Below, piece after piece: positions 22,664 through 35,000 of a stretch of DNA of 64,000 nucleotides; within the stretch, counting starts at the first letter, position 1, and the number at the start of each line of letters is the position of its first letter. The notes below the pieces were generated by a model, which saw only the letters and a list, made by a program, of their open reading frames with translations, ran no database searches and was not told the origin of the DNA. The stretch is from assembly GCA_032718475.1 (NCBI GenBank), contig JAUCBJ010008853.1:1-64000 (forward strand), in the 5' to 3' direction. This stretch comes from Nemertoderma westbladi (Eukaryota > Animalia > Xenacoelomorpha). A program made the translations under genes and the position numbers.

Positions 22664-23244
22664 AAAAGGAATTTGTTTTACTTAGAATCGTGGCTTAGAC
22701 CCTTACAACACCAATATAACTCGATACAGGCTTGTGGCCGACATCACTACACCATACTGCCATATGTTAATTAGTCGTCTTCAGGCAGTCAGGTTAGGAC
22801 TTAGGAGTGGAACTTTCTGTGATCTGCTGGTTGATATTGAGATTATTTATTGAGGACTAATATAGTATAGGAACGAAACAACAGCTGGTTAAGATATGCA
22901 TGACAAACTGAAAGTATTTAACACGGATTTAACACAAGGCTGCAAGGCACAAAATCTAATTAGTTAAAATCACAAATTAAATTTTAAAAAGTATAAAGTC
23001 TAAGTAGGGCCTACTGTACGTAAGTTAAAGGCTCGGTATCACAAATTAATTAAAATCACGAATTTAATTTATGAATGTATGCAGGCTAAGTTAAAAGGTA
23101 AAATCACGCTTAAAATCACATTAAAATCTCTGAAAATATTTAATTTATAGCACCAATTAATTAAAATCACAAATTGAATTTAAAAATTGTATGTAGATTA
23201 AAATGTATGTCTCTCGTACCTTGATTATTTAAAATTTATCCGAT

Positions 23245-23690
23245 TATTTAGAGCAGCAGTAGTTCCAGTACTCCTCTATGGGCTGGGCTCTAACTGCTGA
23301 GGACATCAAATATATGGATTGCACATTCACAAGAATTCTACGCCGGGTTCATTGTGTCAAGTACAATGCAGACATCTCCAACCAGACACTATATAACATT
23401 GGAGGTGTCTCATTGGTTCCCCCAAGCTTGACACTAGAACTTTGCAGGGCATTGCTTTCGCAATGAGGACCAGCCAGTGCATCATAATCTCGTGCTTTGG
23501 CAGCCTCATGGAGTGAATAAGCATGGTGGACACTCTGGACAGCCCATGACTTTCTTGATACGCATCTTAAAGGACACTGGCCTTGAAGATGCGGATGATC
23601 TAACAAATGTCATGGGTGATATGGAGTTGTGGTGGCGCAATTTTGTCGACAAGCCGGCACAGCATTCTTGTAATTTAAAAGCATGCCAAT
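23245..23690 (+). mobile_element. 3' fragment of an RTE-like LINE
   Basis: LFRAAVVPVLLY..W.LT...MDCTFTRILRRVH...LVLWQP motifs; shares sequence with 2620-2790. Confidence 0.65.
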
Positions 23691-23888
23691 TGTCAATTAT
23701 CTTATCCGTATGTGCCTTGTTCTTTTGTTACTGTAACTATAATTTGCTCCTCTCCTTTCTGTTACAGCGACCTCATCGTTTATTATAATTGAGTCGCTTG
23801 AAATTTATAATAGAGAAGAGCGTGATATACATTAAACTACTGCCACCTGTATTTAATTTATCGATTAATACTTAATTAAGATTTCATA

Positions 23889-25421
23889 ATGGATCAACAT
23901 ACTAATTTATTGAAAGAGAAATCTTCTGGTGCCGGTATAATTATAAAGAGCGAACCAACCGACTATATAATCCTAAACAAAGAACCAACAGACTTTATAA
24001 TTATAAAGAAAGAACCAACAGACTTTATAATTATAAAGAGAGAACCAACAGACTGTATGATTATAAAAAGAGAACCAGCAGACTCTACCCCCTATTCTCT
24101 TGATGTTAAACAAGAGAACTGCGTTCACGGATCATCTCCCATCGAAGAGCACAACAATTTGTTCGGTAGAGTAGATGTTGTCCCTTTACTAGATGACGAA
24201 GATATTTCTTATGAACCATCTGGAGATTCTTTTATTGTTGAAAAACGGGAAAACGACAGCCCAGAGTGTTCTTATGGTAGGCCTATTGAAACTGAAGGTA
24301 CAGAAGCGACAATCAGTTGTGCAACAACAGAGTCAGGTAGTTCTAATGAAACGGTTGGGGAATTGGTATCTTCTTCAGATACCAGTTCCTGTTTGCGTTG
24401 CAATGAATTATTTAATAACAAAGGAGATTTAGAGAGACATATAGAATCCGTTCATAAAGACGTCAAGAATAAGTATAAATGCGAGTATTGTGAGAAACAG
24501 TTTAAATGTAAGCTTGGTGTAAAGAAGCATGTTAACTCTATCCATAAAGGTATAAAATATAATTGCAGTTATTGTAATAAAGAATTCTGCGTGCAAATTA
24601 ATCTGAACACCCATGTGAACTACTTTCATAAAGATATCAAGTACAACTGTCTCGATTGTGGAAAATCATTGAGTACAAAAGTCGAACTAAAACGACATGT
24701 CGACTCTATACATAAAGGTATCAAATATAAGTGCGGTTATTGTCATAAAGAATTCAGTCAGCAAGGGAATCTATACACCCATGTGAACTACTTTCATAAA
24801 GATATCAAGTACAACTGTTTTGATTGTGGAAAATCATTTGCTAGAAAATACGTACTAAAACGACATGTCGACTCTATACATAAAGGTATCAAATATAAGT
24901 GCGGTTATTGTAATAAAGAATTCAGCCTACAAAGGAGTCTAAACACCCACGTTAACTTTGTCCACAAAGGTATCATCAAGTACAACTGCTTCGATTGTGG
25001 AAAATCATTTGCTACAAAAGCCGAACTAAAACGACATGTCGACTCTATACACTCTATACGACATAAAGATATCAAATATAAGTGCGGTTATTGTCATAAA
25101 GAATTCAGTCAGCAAGGGAATCTATACACCCATGTGAACTACTTTCATAAAGATATCAAGTACAACTGTTCTGATTGTGGAAAATCATTTGCTACAAAAG
25201 CCAAACTAAAACGACATGTCGACTCAATGCATAAAGATATCAAATATAAGTGCGGTTATTGTAATAAAGAATTATGTCATCAAATGAATCTAAACACCCA
25301 TGTGAACTACTTTCATAAAGATATCAAGTACAACTGTTCTGATTGTGGAAAATCATTTGCTACAAAAGCCAAACTAAAACGACATGTCGACTCTATACAT
25401 AAAGAAAGATATCAAACTTAA
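23889..25421 (+). CDS. Intronless C2H2 zinc-finger protein, 12 fingers, with N-terminal IIIKxEPTD repeats
   Basis: 510-aa ORF with 12 CX2C...HX4H fingers and mostly HK(D/G)IKY linkers; a 13th frameshifted finger follows the stop. Confidence 0.85.
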   Translation: MDQHTNLLKEKSSGAGIIIKSEPTDYIILNKEPTDFIIIKKEPTDFIIIKREPTDCMIIKREPADSTPYSLDVKQENCVHGSSPIEEHNNLFGRVDVVPLLDDEDISYEPSGDSFIVEKRENDSPECSYGRPIETEGTEATISCATTESGSSNETVGELVSSSDTSSCLRCNELFNNKGDLERHIESVHKDVKNKYKCEYCEKQFKCKLGVKKHVNSIHKGIKYNCSYCNKEFCVQINLNTHVNYFHKDIKYNCLDCGKSLSTKVELKRHVDSIHKGIKYKCGYCHKEFSQQGNLYTHVNYFHKDIKYNCFDCGKSFARKYVLKRHVDSIHKGIKYKCGYCNKEFSLQRSLNTHVNFVHKGIIKYNCFDCGKSFATKAELKRHVDSIHSIRHKDIKYKCGYCHKEFSQQGNLYTHVNYFHKDIKYNCSDCGKSFATKAKLKRHVDSMHKDIKYKCGYCNKELCHQMNLNTHVNYFHKDIKYNCSDCGKSFATKAKLKRHVDSIHKERYQT

Positions 25422-26311
25422 GTGCGGTTATTGTCAAAGAATTCCGTCAGCAAGGCTACCTAAACACCCATGTTAATTCTCTAGTTACCGGTAACAAAAT
25501 ACAATTGTTGTATTTGTACTGAACTATATTTGTTTCGGATCATTATTGGAAAGATGTTTCTTTTAGAATGAAAAAAATATAAAATAAAACAAATGGAAAG
25601 TGGTTCAAATACATTGATTATCAGGTTATTATGCGTTCAGGGATGCTGATTGTAATGCAACATAAACCAAATCAATCAATGAACCAAAGTGAAAGTTATA
25701 AATTAGTAGGATTATCGAGTCAGATACCCCCTCACCCCCTTCAAACGATTCCCACTTATTCCCACGCTAAATTTTTCATCGTTTAATTGTTTTTCTCAAT
25801 TTTTTGTCTATAAATGGTCTCGCAATTAAAGTCTCGTCTAATTAATAAGGTAATTACGGAGTCGTATTAAATAGTTTTATTTAAATTATGATCAATTCTA
25901 AAGTTTAGCGAATTGTGCGCAGGTACGGTGTTGAGTTGATGTTTATGATAAAGATGTTTTATTAGGGGCGGGGGGGGGGGGGGGGGGGGGGGGTAGGTAA
26001 CACCCCCCTATTTTGGAAATTGACAAAAAAAGTTTTTTTATTCTATCATGTGCCGAATTTAATGGAGATTTCAAATCTGCAAGCAGTTTTCTCATATCTT
26101 TTCTCAAACTCAAGTTATTACACAAAACGTAAGAGCTAGTCTCATTTTTGTAAAGCCTTCGAGCAGCAATATATTTTACAATTGTACGGGGCCCTTTTCA
26201 TAAAAATGGCTCTCACGGTACAGATATTAACAAAATTGGTAGAAAGTTATTTTACTAGTTATCTGTTTAGCAAGCAAGAAACATTTCATCAGAATGATGT
26301 TTTTTCATGAA

Positions 26312-26577
26312 AAGGGCTATTTCTCCGCCAATTTTAACTGAAATGACTTGAAATTTGGTACACTTGTTAAGATTACTCTTCTTCATACTTCTTCCGAACA
26401 AATTTGGTTAAAAATGCCCTGGAGCCTTTTTATACCAAAAAGGCCTTTTTTGTGGCCTTTTTGTTCTAAAAAGGCTCCAGAGCATTTGAGGCAAAATTTG
26501 TTCAGAAGAATTGGAAGCAGGGTTCTACTGACGCGATATTCAAAATTTCAACAAGTATTGGTGGAGAAATAGCCCTT
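26312..26577. mobile_element. Foldback/MITE-like imperfect palindromic element
   Basis: AAGGGCTATTTCTCC...GGAGAAATAGCCCTT termini and internal inverted symmetry (GGAGCCTTTTTA/TAAAAAGGCTCC). Confidence 0.6.
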
Positions 26578-29094
26578 GACGCAAAGGGCACTTTGAATAG
26601 CACAAAAATACATTTTGGGGCCAGTTTAAAAAAATTTGGTTTGGTTATTCACACACAGTCCAGACGATGTTTAGTAGCACAAACAATAAATTTCACCCAA
26701 TTTTATGGTCTAGAGACACAAAAATGTGAAGTTCAATTTGGATGTGCTCCCCCCCCCCCCCCCCCCCCCTTAAGCTTAAATAAAAATTTAAATATCAGAC
26801 GAATTGCTAATTTTGTACAGCATGGTCTGTGTGGTAAAGTATGGGACATTGATAAAGTAAACTACGGGACCTGTAGGGTGAGTGTAGGAGACTTGATCCC
26901 CAAAAGTTATAATCGCTCTAAAGAACAGATAAATAAATTTTTCAATGCCGTTTTAACTTTTTCACATTACATTTATGATTGCTACTGTATCATTATGTGA
27001 GAGTTTGAGATTTTCAACTCTTAAACTTTTTTAATTAAACCAATTATTCGTATTTTCGAAACAGCGTCAGCGTCAAGGCTTGACAACTAGGGTGGTAGAC
27101 TTGAACCCCACCTCGCATACTTATAAATTCGTTCAAAAATGCAGAAGAAGTGTAATAATTACATGTTCAACATGTCTATTTTCTAGTAGAGCAAAAAAAA
27201 TTCAAAAAATCACACCTACTTGGGTTTTTTTATATTAATTAATATACTTTCAAAACGGTTGAACCAAAACTGGAAAACAATATATGGCAGGATAGTGCAA
27301 TAATTAGTCAACACATGTTGTGAATTACAATTAACATACATTAAAATAAGGATGCGATTTTTCATTCGTTGTAAAGGGCAAAAATTTACTTTTGAACCCA
27401 GAAAACGTTTATTGACAATAAAACAAAAAATAACCAAAAGGTAATAAAACATTGTTGCGCGGGTGTAGCCAACTTGTATTTTACACATTTTTGTGTGGTA
27501 TTGTTAAATAATTTACAATAGTTTTTGAGTTATTTAAAAAAATCAAGTTTCCCCTAAAGTCAAGTCTCCCTCACTTTTTCAACTTTCACAATTTTATAGT
27601 CGAAATGATCTCTTACACCTAATCTAAAAGTAATTTCGGGACAATTAGTGATAAAAAAAAGTGCGACTAAGTATTCCAACCAAGTGGGACGAGGCACAAA
27701 GTAAGCGAAGTGACGAGTTGTCTGTCACTGTCTAATATTTGATCGCCAATAACTCCGTCATATATTGATGAAATTAAATCAAACTTTGGGGTGTAAACGT
27801 TACGCCGACAGCAGACCACCGACAGTAGACAGCCGACAGTAGATATACTACACTACATACCCTACATATTATACGGAATAATACTATGGGGCAATACCTA
27901 CGATAAACATATTCATCCAATTCGAGTGAAAATTAACAAAATTATAAGAGCAATTACATTTAGCCACTACCAATCCCATATTTGCCTACTGTATATTGAG
28001 CGAAGTAATTTCTTCCAGTTTCGTTCCAAACTCCACCAATACTCAACACGAGGTTCTTCCTTGGTGCTGTCAGATCAAACTGTAGGACTCAAAGGAAATG
28101 CAACAACTTCGCAGACAGCGTTGTAAACATTTGGAATCTTTTACCGGCCAGTGTTGTTAATGCACGTGTACTGTAATAACCTTGGTACTCCAAGCAGGCC
28201 CGTATCGTGCGGGGGGCTTTGGGGGCACTGCCCCCCCAGAGAAGTCCCAATGCCCCCCCCCCCCCCCCCCCAGACATGTATTGTTCACTCGTCTTGTTCA
28301 CAATTAATTAATAATAATATTTTTGGAATCAATATTATTGGATTCACATACTCCTGCCCATTGACCTGGCCTGACTCCCCACCATTCCATTTGGTCCAAT
28401 TCTATAACTACATGACATTAATATACCTACCTACTGTACCTGTAATTACTAAAAAATACTCGAAAGCGCTAGGTTCTCTCATTGGCTACCAGGGTGGAGG
28501 GGTTGTTTGTTGTTGACCCATTGTTTATTTGCTTGTAGTTTGGGAGCCAGCTTGCAGCTAAAAGGCTTGGCGCTGAGGGTTGCTTGCGCTGGTATCCATA
28601 GCTATAATTTGTTGTCACTTAATCTTATCCCTATTAAACCCGGGGGGGGGGGGGTCAATATGACCCCCCCGTGGTTTTTTTATTATAATTCTGAAAAAAA
28701 GCAGTTGGGAATCTGAAATTTGATGACTTTTCCTACAAATCTATTGTCTTCCTAATAGTGAAAACCGTATTCAAAAATATTGGGTACTTTTCGAGTTATG
28801 GCACCATTTTTTAACCCTACTTTTGGCACTTTTTTTGAGACGTTTTTTGAAAATTACATTTCATTAAATATGAATTGTAACATCTCTATTTTTGATTTAC
28901 ACCGGTTTTTTGGTGTTAGAAATTTGATGGAATTCATATAAGATTTAGAAATTTCAAACTTGTTTTTTCGGTGGGTGCCAAATTTTGGTGCCAGCACCAA
29001 ATACCATTGCGTGGTTACAGTTGGTTTAAGGGGGTCCATTATTCATTGTCAGTAAATCACGTTTAAAAGAGTTTGTCAACAGGATGAGAAGGGT

Positions 29095-32000
29095 TTAAAA
29101 GGGTTTAGCATTGTCACCAATGTCCGCAGCAGGATCCGGAGTAGGGAACTTATCACCTCTCTTGGAGTCACCACTGTCATTGCCTTCAAGAAGGCAAAGC
29201 CTCTGGATAGGGCGTTGGTAGTGGCCTTTCGCCGTCCGTATCGTCACTGTCCTCGCAAGTCCGTCCTTGCTTGGGGTTATTTCCATGACTCGCGCCACAG
29301 GCCAGTGGACGCGGTCTTTAAGGTCTTCCTTAACAAGCACCATGTCGCCAACTGCGACGTTCCGGTAGGTGTTATTCCATTTCCTTCCTCCTGGTCCGGA
29401 GGGTTATGAGGTACTCTTGGGCCCAGATTCTCCACCAATGCGCTGCCAGCGCTTGGGCCTTTTTCCAGTTGGTGTGTCTCGCAATATCATTGGGATCTGG
29501 GAACATTGCCTCTGGAAGAATGTTGGTCTTGGGTCTTCCGAGTAGATGTTTGGGTGTAAGAGGCTCTAGGTCTGTAGGGTCATCGTGGATGGGTACGATT
29601 TGCCGGTTATTTAGGGTGGCCGTGATCTCGCAGAATTGTAGTGCGAAGGGTGTCATGGGTTACCCGGGTATCTCCTAATGCGACGCACATGGATCGTTTC
29701 ACCAAGTCGATGAGTTTCTCCCATACCCCGCTCGTATGGGGTGCCAAGGGCGTTTGGAAGTGCCATTGTATATGGTGTTCCTTCCAGACTTGGGATGCGG
29801 TTTCGTCGGTGAACCATCCTTCGATAGCCTCTCTGAGTTCCCTTTCTCCTCCCACGAAGTTTGTTCCATTATCGGAGTACATATGCCATTGTTCACCACG
29901 ATCCGACGCAGAGCGTTGATAAAGGCGTGCTGCGTGAGGTGTACTATGAGGTCTAGGTAAATCACCCTTGACCTAAGGCATGTGAAGGTGGCTCCCCAGC
30001 ATTTGATGTTGGATCGTCGCTCGATGACTGTAAATGGTCCGAAACAGTCTACTCCGGTTACATAGAACGGCGGTGAATCGGATTGCAGCCGTGTAGCCGG
30101 TAGGTCGGCCATTCTTTGGGTGAGCGGTGGCGCTAGGTATCGTCTGCAAGGGAAACATCGTTTTAAGACTTTCCAGATCAGTGGCTGGATGTAGGTGATC
30201 CAATATCTTTGCCGGATGTTGGCCATAATCCAGTTCTGGCCCGCGTGATGGTTTTCTTCGTGACACTGCTGGATTAATAGCTTAGCTAGTGTTGATGTAT
30301 TGAGGTGAGGCTAGTGTTGAGGTATTTGACTTCATATTCAACCGGGGCGTTCGCCATCCGGGTATTTAGTCGGATCAGTCCATCTTCCCCCATCATGGGT
30401 CTCAACCGGTAGACTGGGCTGTCAGGTTTCAAAGTCCTGCCCACGCTGAGCTGTTCCCATTCATCGGGGAATCTTTCTTTCTGTACGTATCTCACAATAC
30501 ATTTCTCCGCAATAATGAGTTCTTGTATACTTTGTCGAACTATCGGTTTATTATCCTTCCACCGCAAGAAGTTACAAAGAGTCACGACGTGGTGGATAAG
30601 ACGTCTCATCGAGGAGGTTCACTCTATCAATAGTTGTAAGGACGCGGCTGATTGCGCAGTGGTCGCAACATTATAATGCCTGCCCGAGTCCTTTGCAGGC
30701 TCGGTCAGACAACTATAGATTTCCACGGTGGCGCTTCCATGGACTTTGCGAATCTCCTTGTCGTCTTCCGAATATTTCCCGCTATCTAGCTCAGGATCGA
30801 ATCGGGTGCTCCAGGTTAGTTGTGGTTGCTTTAAGAACCCCGGGCCTGTGAGCCAAAGTTTACTCTTACCAAGCTGTCGTGGGGTGGCGCCTCTGGTCAA
30901 TAAGTCCGCTGGGTTTTCTTTTCCGTTCACGTGGTGCCATTGTTCTCGGTTGGTACATTGTTTTATTTCCGTGGCTCGGTTCGCTACGAACGTGGTGTGT
31001 CGCCATGATGGTGAGTGGAGGTAGTAAAGCACAATACTCGAATCAACCCAGAAATGCTGCGATTCAATGGGGATTCTTAGGTTCCCGCATGATCATGCGG
31101 TTCTGCCTCACTGCCCAGACTGCGGCCTGCAGCTCGTGTCTCGGGATTGTTGCCACAAATTCCCCAGATACCGTCTTGGCTTTGGAGAATAAGAAGCTCG
31201 TATCACCGTTTCCATCCTGACTTAATCTTCTTAGGAAGGTAACTACGCCGATTCCGGTATTTGATGCATCCGAGAAAGTATGGAGCTGGAATATATCGGT
31301 GGGTAGTTTGTCGAGGAAGAATGGTCGAGGGATCCGCATGAGGTGTAGCTGTTCGAGTTGTTCCGCCCACTTCTTCCATTTGGCACTGAGGTGTGGGGGG
31401 AGTTCTTCGTCCCATCCCAGTCCTTCTATCCACATTTCTTTGATCAAATTCATTCCGGCCAATGTTACTGGGGATATGAAGTTTAATGGATCAAATATGG
31501 CGCTCTTTACAGATAAACATCCCCTTTTTGTCATTGGTTTGGGCAGGGGGTTATGTTTGAAGATGAACTGATCCAGTTCTTTGTCCCATTCGATACCGAG
31601 TATGCGGTGATCTACACCCTCGGCATACATTTTGTTGTCGTCTAGCCTAATTTCTTCCGGGAACCTTTCCATAAGTTCCTTATCGTGGGATCTAATCTTC
31701 ACAAGAGGGAAACCTCCTCTCTTTAAACATTCCACCATTCCCATAGCCAGCTGATATGCCTCGTCGACGTTCTCAGCACCAGCGCATCCGTCATCTACGT
31801 AGAAACATCGTCGGATGGTCTCTATGACTGTCGGAGGGAACTCATTTTCACACATAGTCGCTGTTTTCTTCAACATGTCGCTACATGCAACCGCCGAGTC
31901 CTTAGCGCCGAAGATTCTGACAATCATGCGCATTACGTCCACATCCTTCAAGGTGAGTTGGTTTATCTCTTGTGGAGTCAATGTTTAATCTGTCCACAAT

Positions 32001-35000
32001 ATACGTAGGCAATCTGAGTCTCTTGGTAGCATTCGGACCTGGTGGAACATCGCTTTGATGCCGCATGTGAAGGCTATTTTGTTTTCTCGGAACCTGATCA
32101 ATACGCCGATCAGTGTACTGTAGATGTTGGGTCCGGTGTAAAGTTGGCTGTTTAAGGATTCGCCATGATACATAGCCACAGCGTCATTCACTACCCGGAT
32201 TTTACCGCCCTTCCGGGCTTCCATCACGTAGTGGGTCGGGAGATAATATGTCCGTCTAGTCCCCTGCAGTTCATTCAGGGGCACCATTTCCGCCAATCCA
32301 TCTTCTAAATAACCTTTAACCACATTATTATATTTCTCTTTTATCTCAGGTAGCTCGTTTAACCGGCGTAAGATACCTTTGAGCCTCCTTAGGGCCATGC
32401 TGGCGTTATTCGCCATCGGTCTATCTGGGTCTTTCCAAAGCATGGGCGAGCACCAATGTCCGTCTTTGAATGTTGCCTGGTCGAGAACATCCATACAATA
32501 TTGATCTTCTTCGGACGGATTCTCGTCCTTCTCAGCGAATTCTAGAGTCTCTAAGTTGAAATATTTTGTCATTTCCCGTTGGGTTTTTTCAGTTTCCAAG
32601 AATAAATCCTCGTCCAGGTCGGTTGCTGAACAGTAACCCACAGATATTGCGTTCTCTTTGATCTGGCATTTTGGAAGATATCTATATGTGTCGGTAGTCT
32701 CTTCTTTGATGCCACAGAGTGTCCATCCCATGATGGTGCGCTCCGCATAGAAACCATCATCCGGTTTTACAGATCGGGCTATGTCTCCGGTCGGTATATG
32801 TAATTCCGGTGTATCGAGCCCGATTAATAGCGTGATTCTGTTCAAGTCCAACGGTGGGCATCGTAGATCCACATCTTCCCGATCTAACTGTATGAGGGGT
32901 GCGTATTCGGATGATTGTCGGAATCGCACTCTGAGATCGGTATGCACCAGAGCATTTTTAATCGTTAGTTTGACCGCTTCGTAGCCTTTCATAACTCCTT
33001 CCATCCTGAGTTGTACCTCCCCGGACTCCACTTCTTTATGGTCGGTTATAGTCTGTATGGGCCGCCTGCAGGGTTCATAGTCTAGGCCTAGTTGTTCGAG
33101 AAAATCCCTGTCTGTGATCGTTCCGTCCGACCCATTGTCCTGTCCAGGAACGCGAGTGTTGTTAAGGATTTTCCGACCCCTTGGATTCTTACCAGGATCA
33201 CTTTGGTAAAGACCATATAACGGCGGTTTATTAAATTGACTGTAGCTGATATGCCGGTCACATGTGATACGTCAGCGGTGGTCTTGAACGGATTGGTTTC
33301 CCTCCGCTGAATCGTCCAGGTACCTTTGGAGACGTGATTCGTTTCTCCTCTCTGTTTGGATTCGATATGGAACGGTAGGGTGGTGAAATCGAAATTTGCG
33401 GGAATGTGGAGGAGTGTATGATGTCGTAGGTCGTTACAAACCGCACAGCATGACCTTTGGTCGCAATCCCGTACGTAGTGACCTGTTCCAAGACACCGGA
33501 AGCATCCTCGGTGTTTCATTATTGCCTCGAAGCGTGGAACGAGTTCGGCGAACTAGAATTTTCTGCAGAATTCCACCTTGAGTTTCTCCCCACAGAAGAG
33601 ACATAGAAGGGAGGTTGTTGTGCCTTCCCTCTCGGGTGCCCAATTTGCTAGATAGCATGCCCATTCCTCAGCCGATGTTGGTTCGTCATAGTCCTCATCG
33701 TCGGAATCCTCGGCCATGGTGATGGCCATCGTACTCCCCGGAGGGGGGCGGAATCTCGGTTTCGGAGTGGGTGCCCTGCTCCTAGAGTTGTTCTCTATTC
33801 CGTCTAACTTGGAGAGACTTTGCTTGGAGAACATCGAGTCGTTCATGGCTTCGGAGATATCATCTAGGAATGCCGACATTTCGAGGAAATTAGGATCCCA
33901 ATCCGGGTGTCTGCATCTGAGATCGACACATTTATACACCCATTTGCTTTGCAACCATCCGGGGAATTTCCGGGCAATCTGACGGAGGTTTAGGATGTTG
34001 TTTACTTGCTCCTCCTTGTTCAATGGGTTTAAAGTGTAGTAGGCGTCTTTCATTGAGTCCGAAAACTCTTGGATATTCGGTGGGTCCCCTAGAGATCCAG
34101 CGTCCTGTATCCGTTTTTCAAGCGTCTTATTGATTATAGTTCCGATGTTACCATATCTCTTATCTAGAGTTTTCCACGCATCATAGTACGCTTCGTGAGA
34201 TCCTCCTTCGAAACATTTTCTTTACTGGGTTTTCACATGGTATTTTCTGAACAAAATCGAGTATCGTTTCCGAAAGACAAATTGTCCAAGTCAAAATCCA
34301 GTATGTATATTGATAATGTCAGATTTACCACGACAAAACCCAGTAAACAGAGTTACTGGGTATACAGCAGTTTGAGATACTGGGTTTTGACGTGGGATTT
34401 CCCGAATGCAGATATTATGCCAAACCAAAACCCAGTAACTCCGGCAACGCAACAGACGTAGACAAATAATTAAATGTTCCAGAATATTATATTCTAGAAT
34501 GTTGCCTCTTTGTTTTCGCTAACCGTTGGCGAAGGAAAGAGTTTTAACTGGGTTTTTGGCGAAGGGAATTGTCAGTTACTTGGTTTTGGCATGGGAAAAG
34601 TAACTGATTGGAAAAGTTAAATGTTAGTTTACTGGGTTTTGGTGTGGGAAAATTAGTTACTGTGTTTTGAAATGGAAATCATGACGTTACTGGGTATTGA
34701 TTGTTCTCTTTTCTACCATACCAAATCCGTGTAAGTCGATTCATAAGAAAAGTAAGGAATAAATTTAAAAAAAGTTTTTGACTTTGCACTAATATATGTA
34801 CAATTTGTAAAGGTACACAAAATTATAACTCATCAAATTAAATTTCAACCAAGTGCCAGCTGTTTAAAGTCCAAAAATTTTAAACGCGATTATCTCGAAA
34901 AGTCAAAAAATGTACCGTACTTACTGGGTTTAGGTTTGGAGCTGCCGAGTATTAGGAGAGTAGCCCCCCCCCCCCCCCCCCCCCCGGACAGTAGCCCCCG

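Noticed and set aside
25965-25993. Long poly-G/poly-C runs here and at about 26750, 28255 and 34970 as G-quadruplex signals
   Set aside because: They lie in MITE-like pieces, and homopolymer lengths are unreliable in assemblies.
27930-28180. STRGSS...VVNIWNLLP peptide resembling a CR1/L2 3' end
   Set aside because: Too short and degraded to annotate with confidence.
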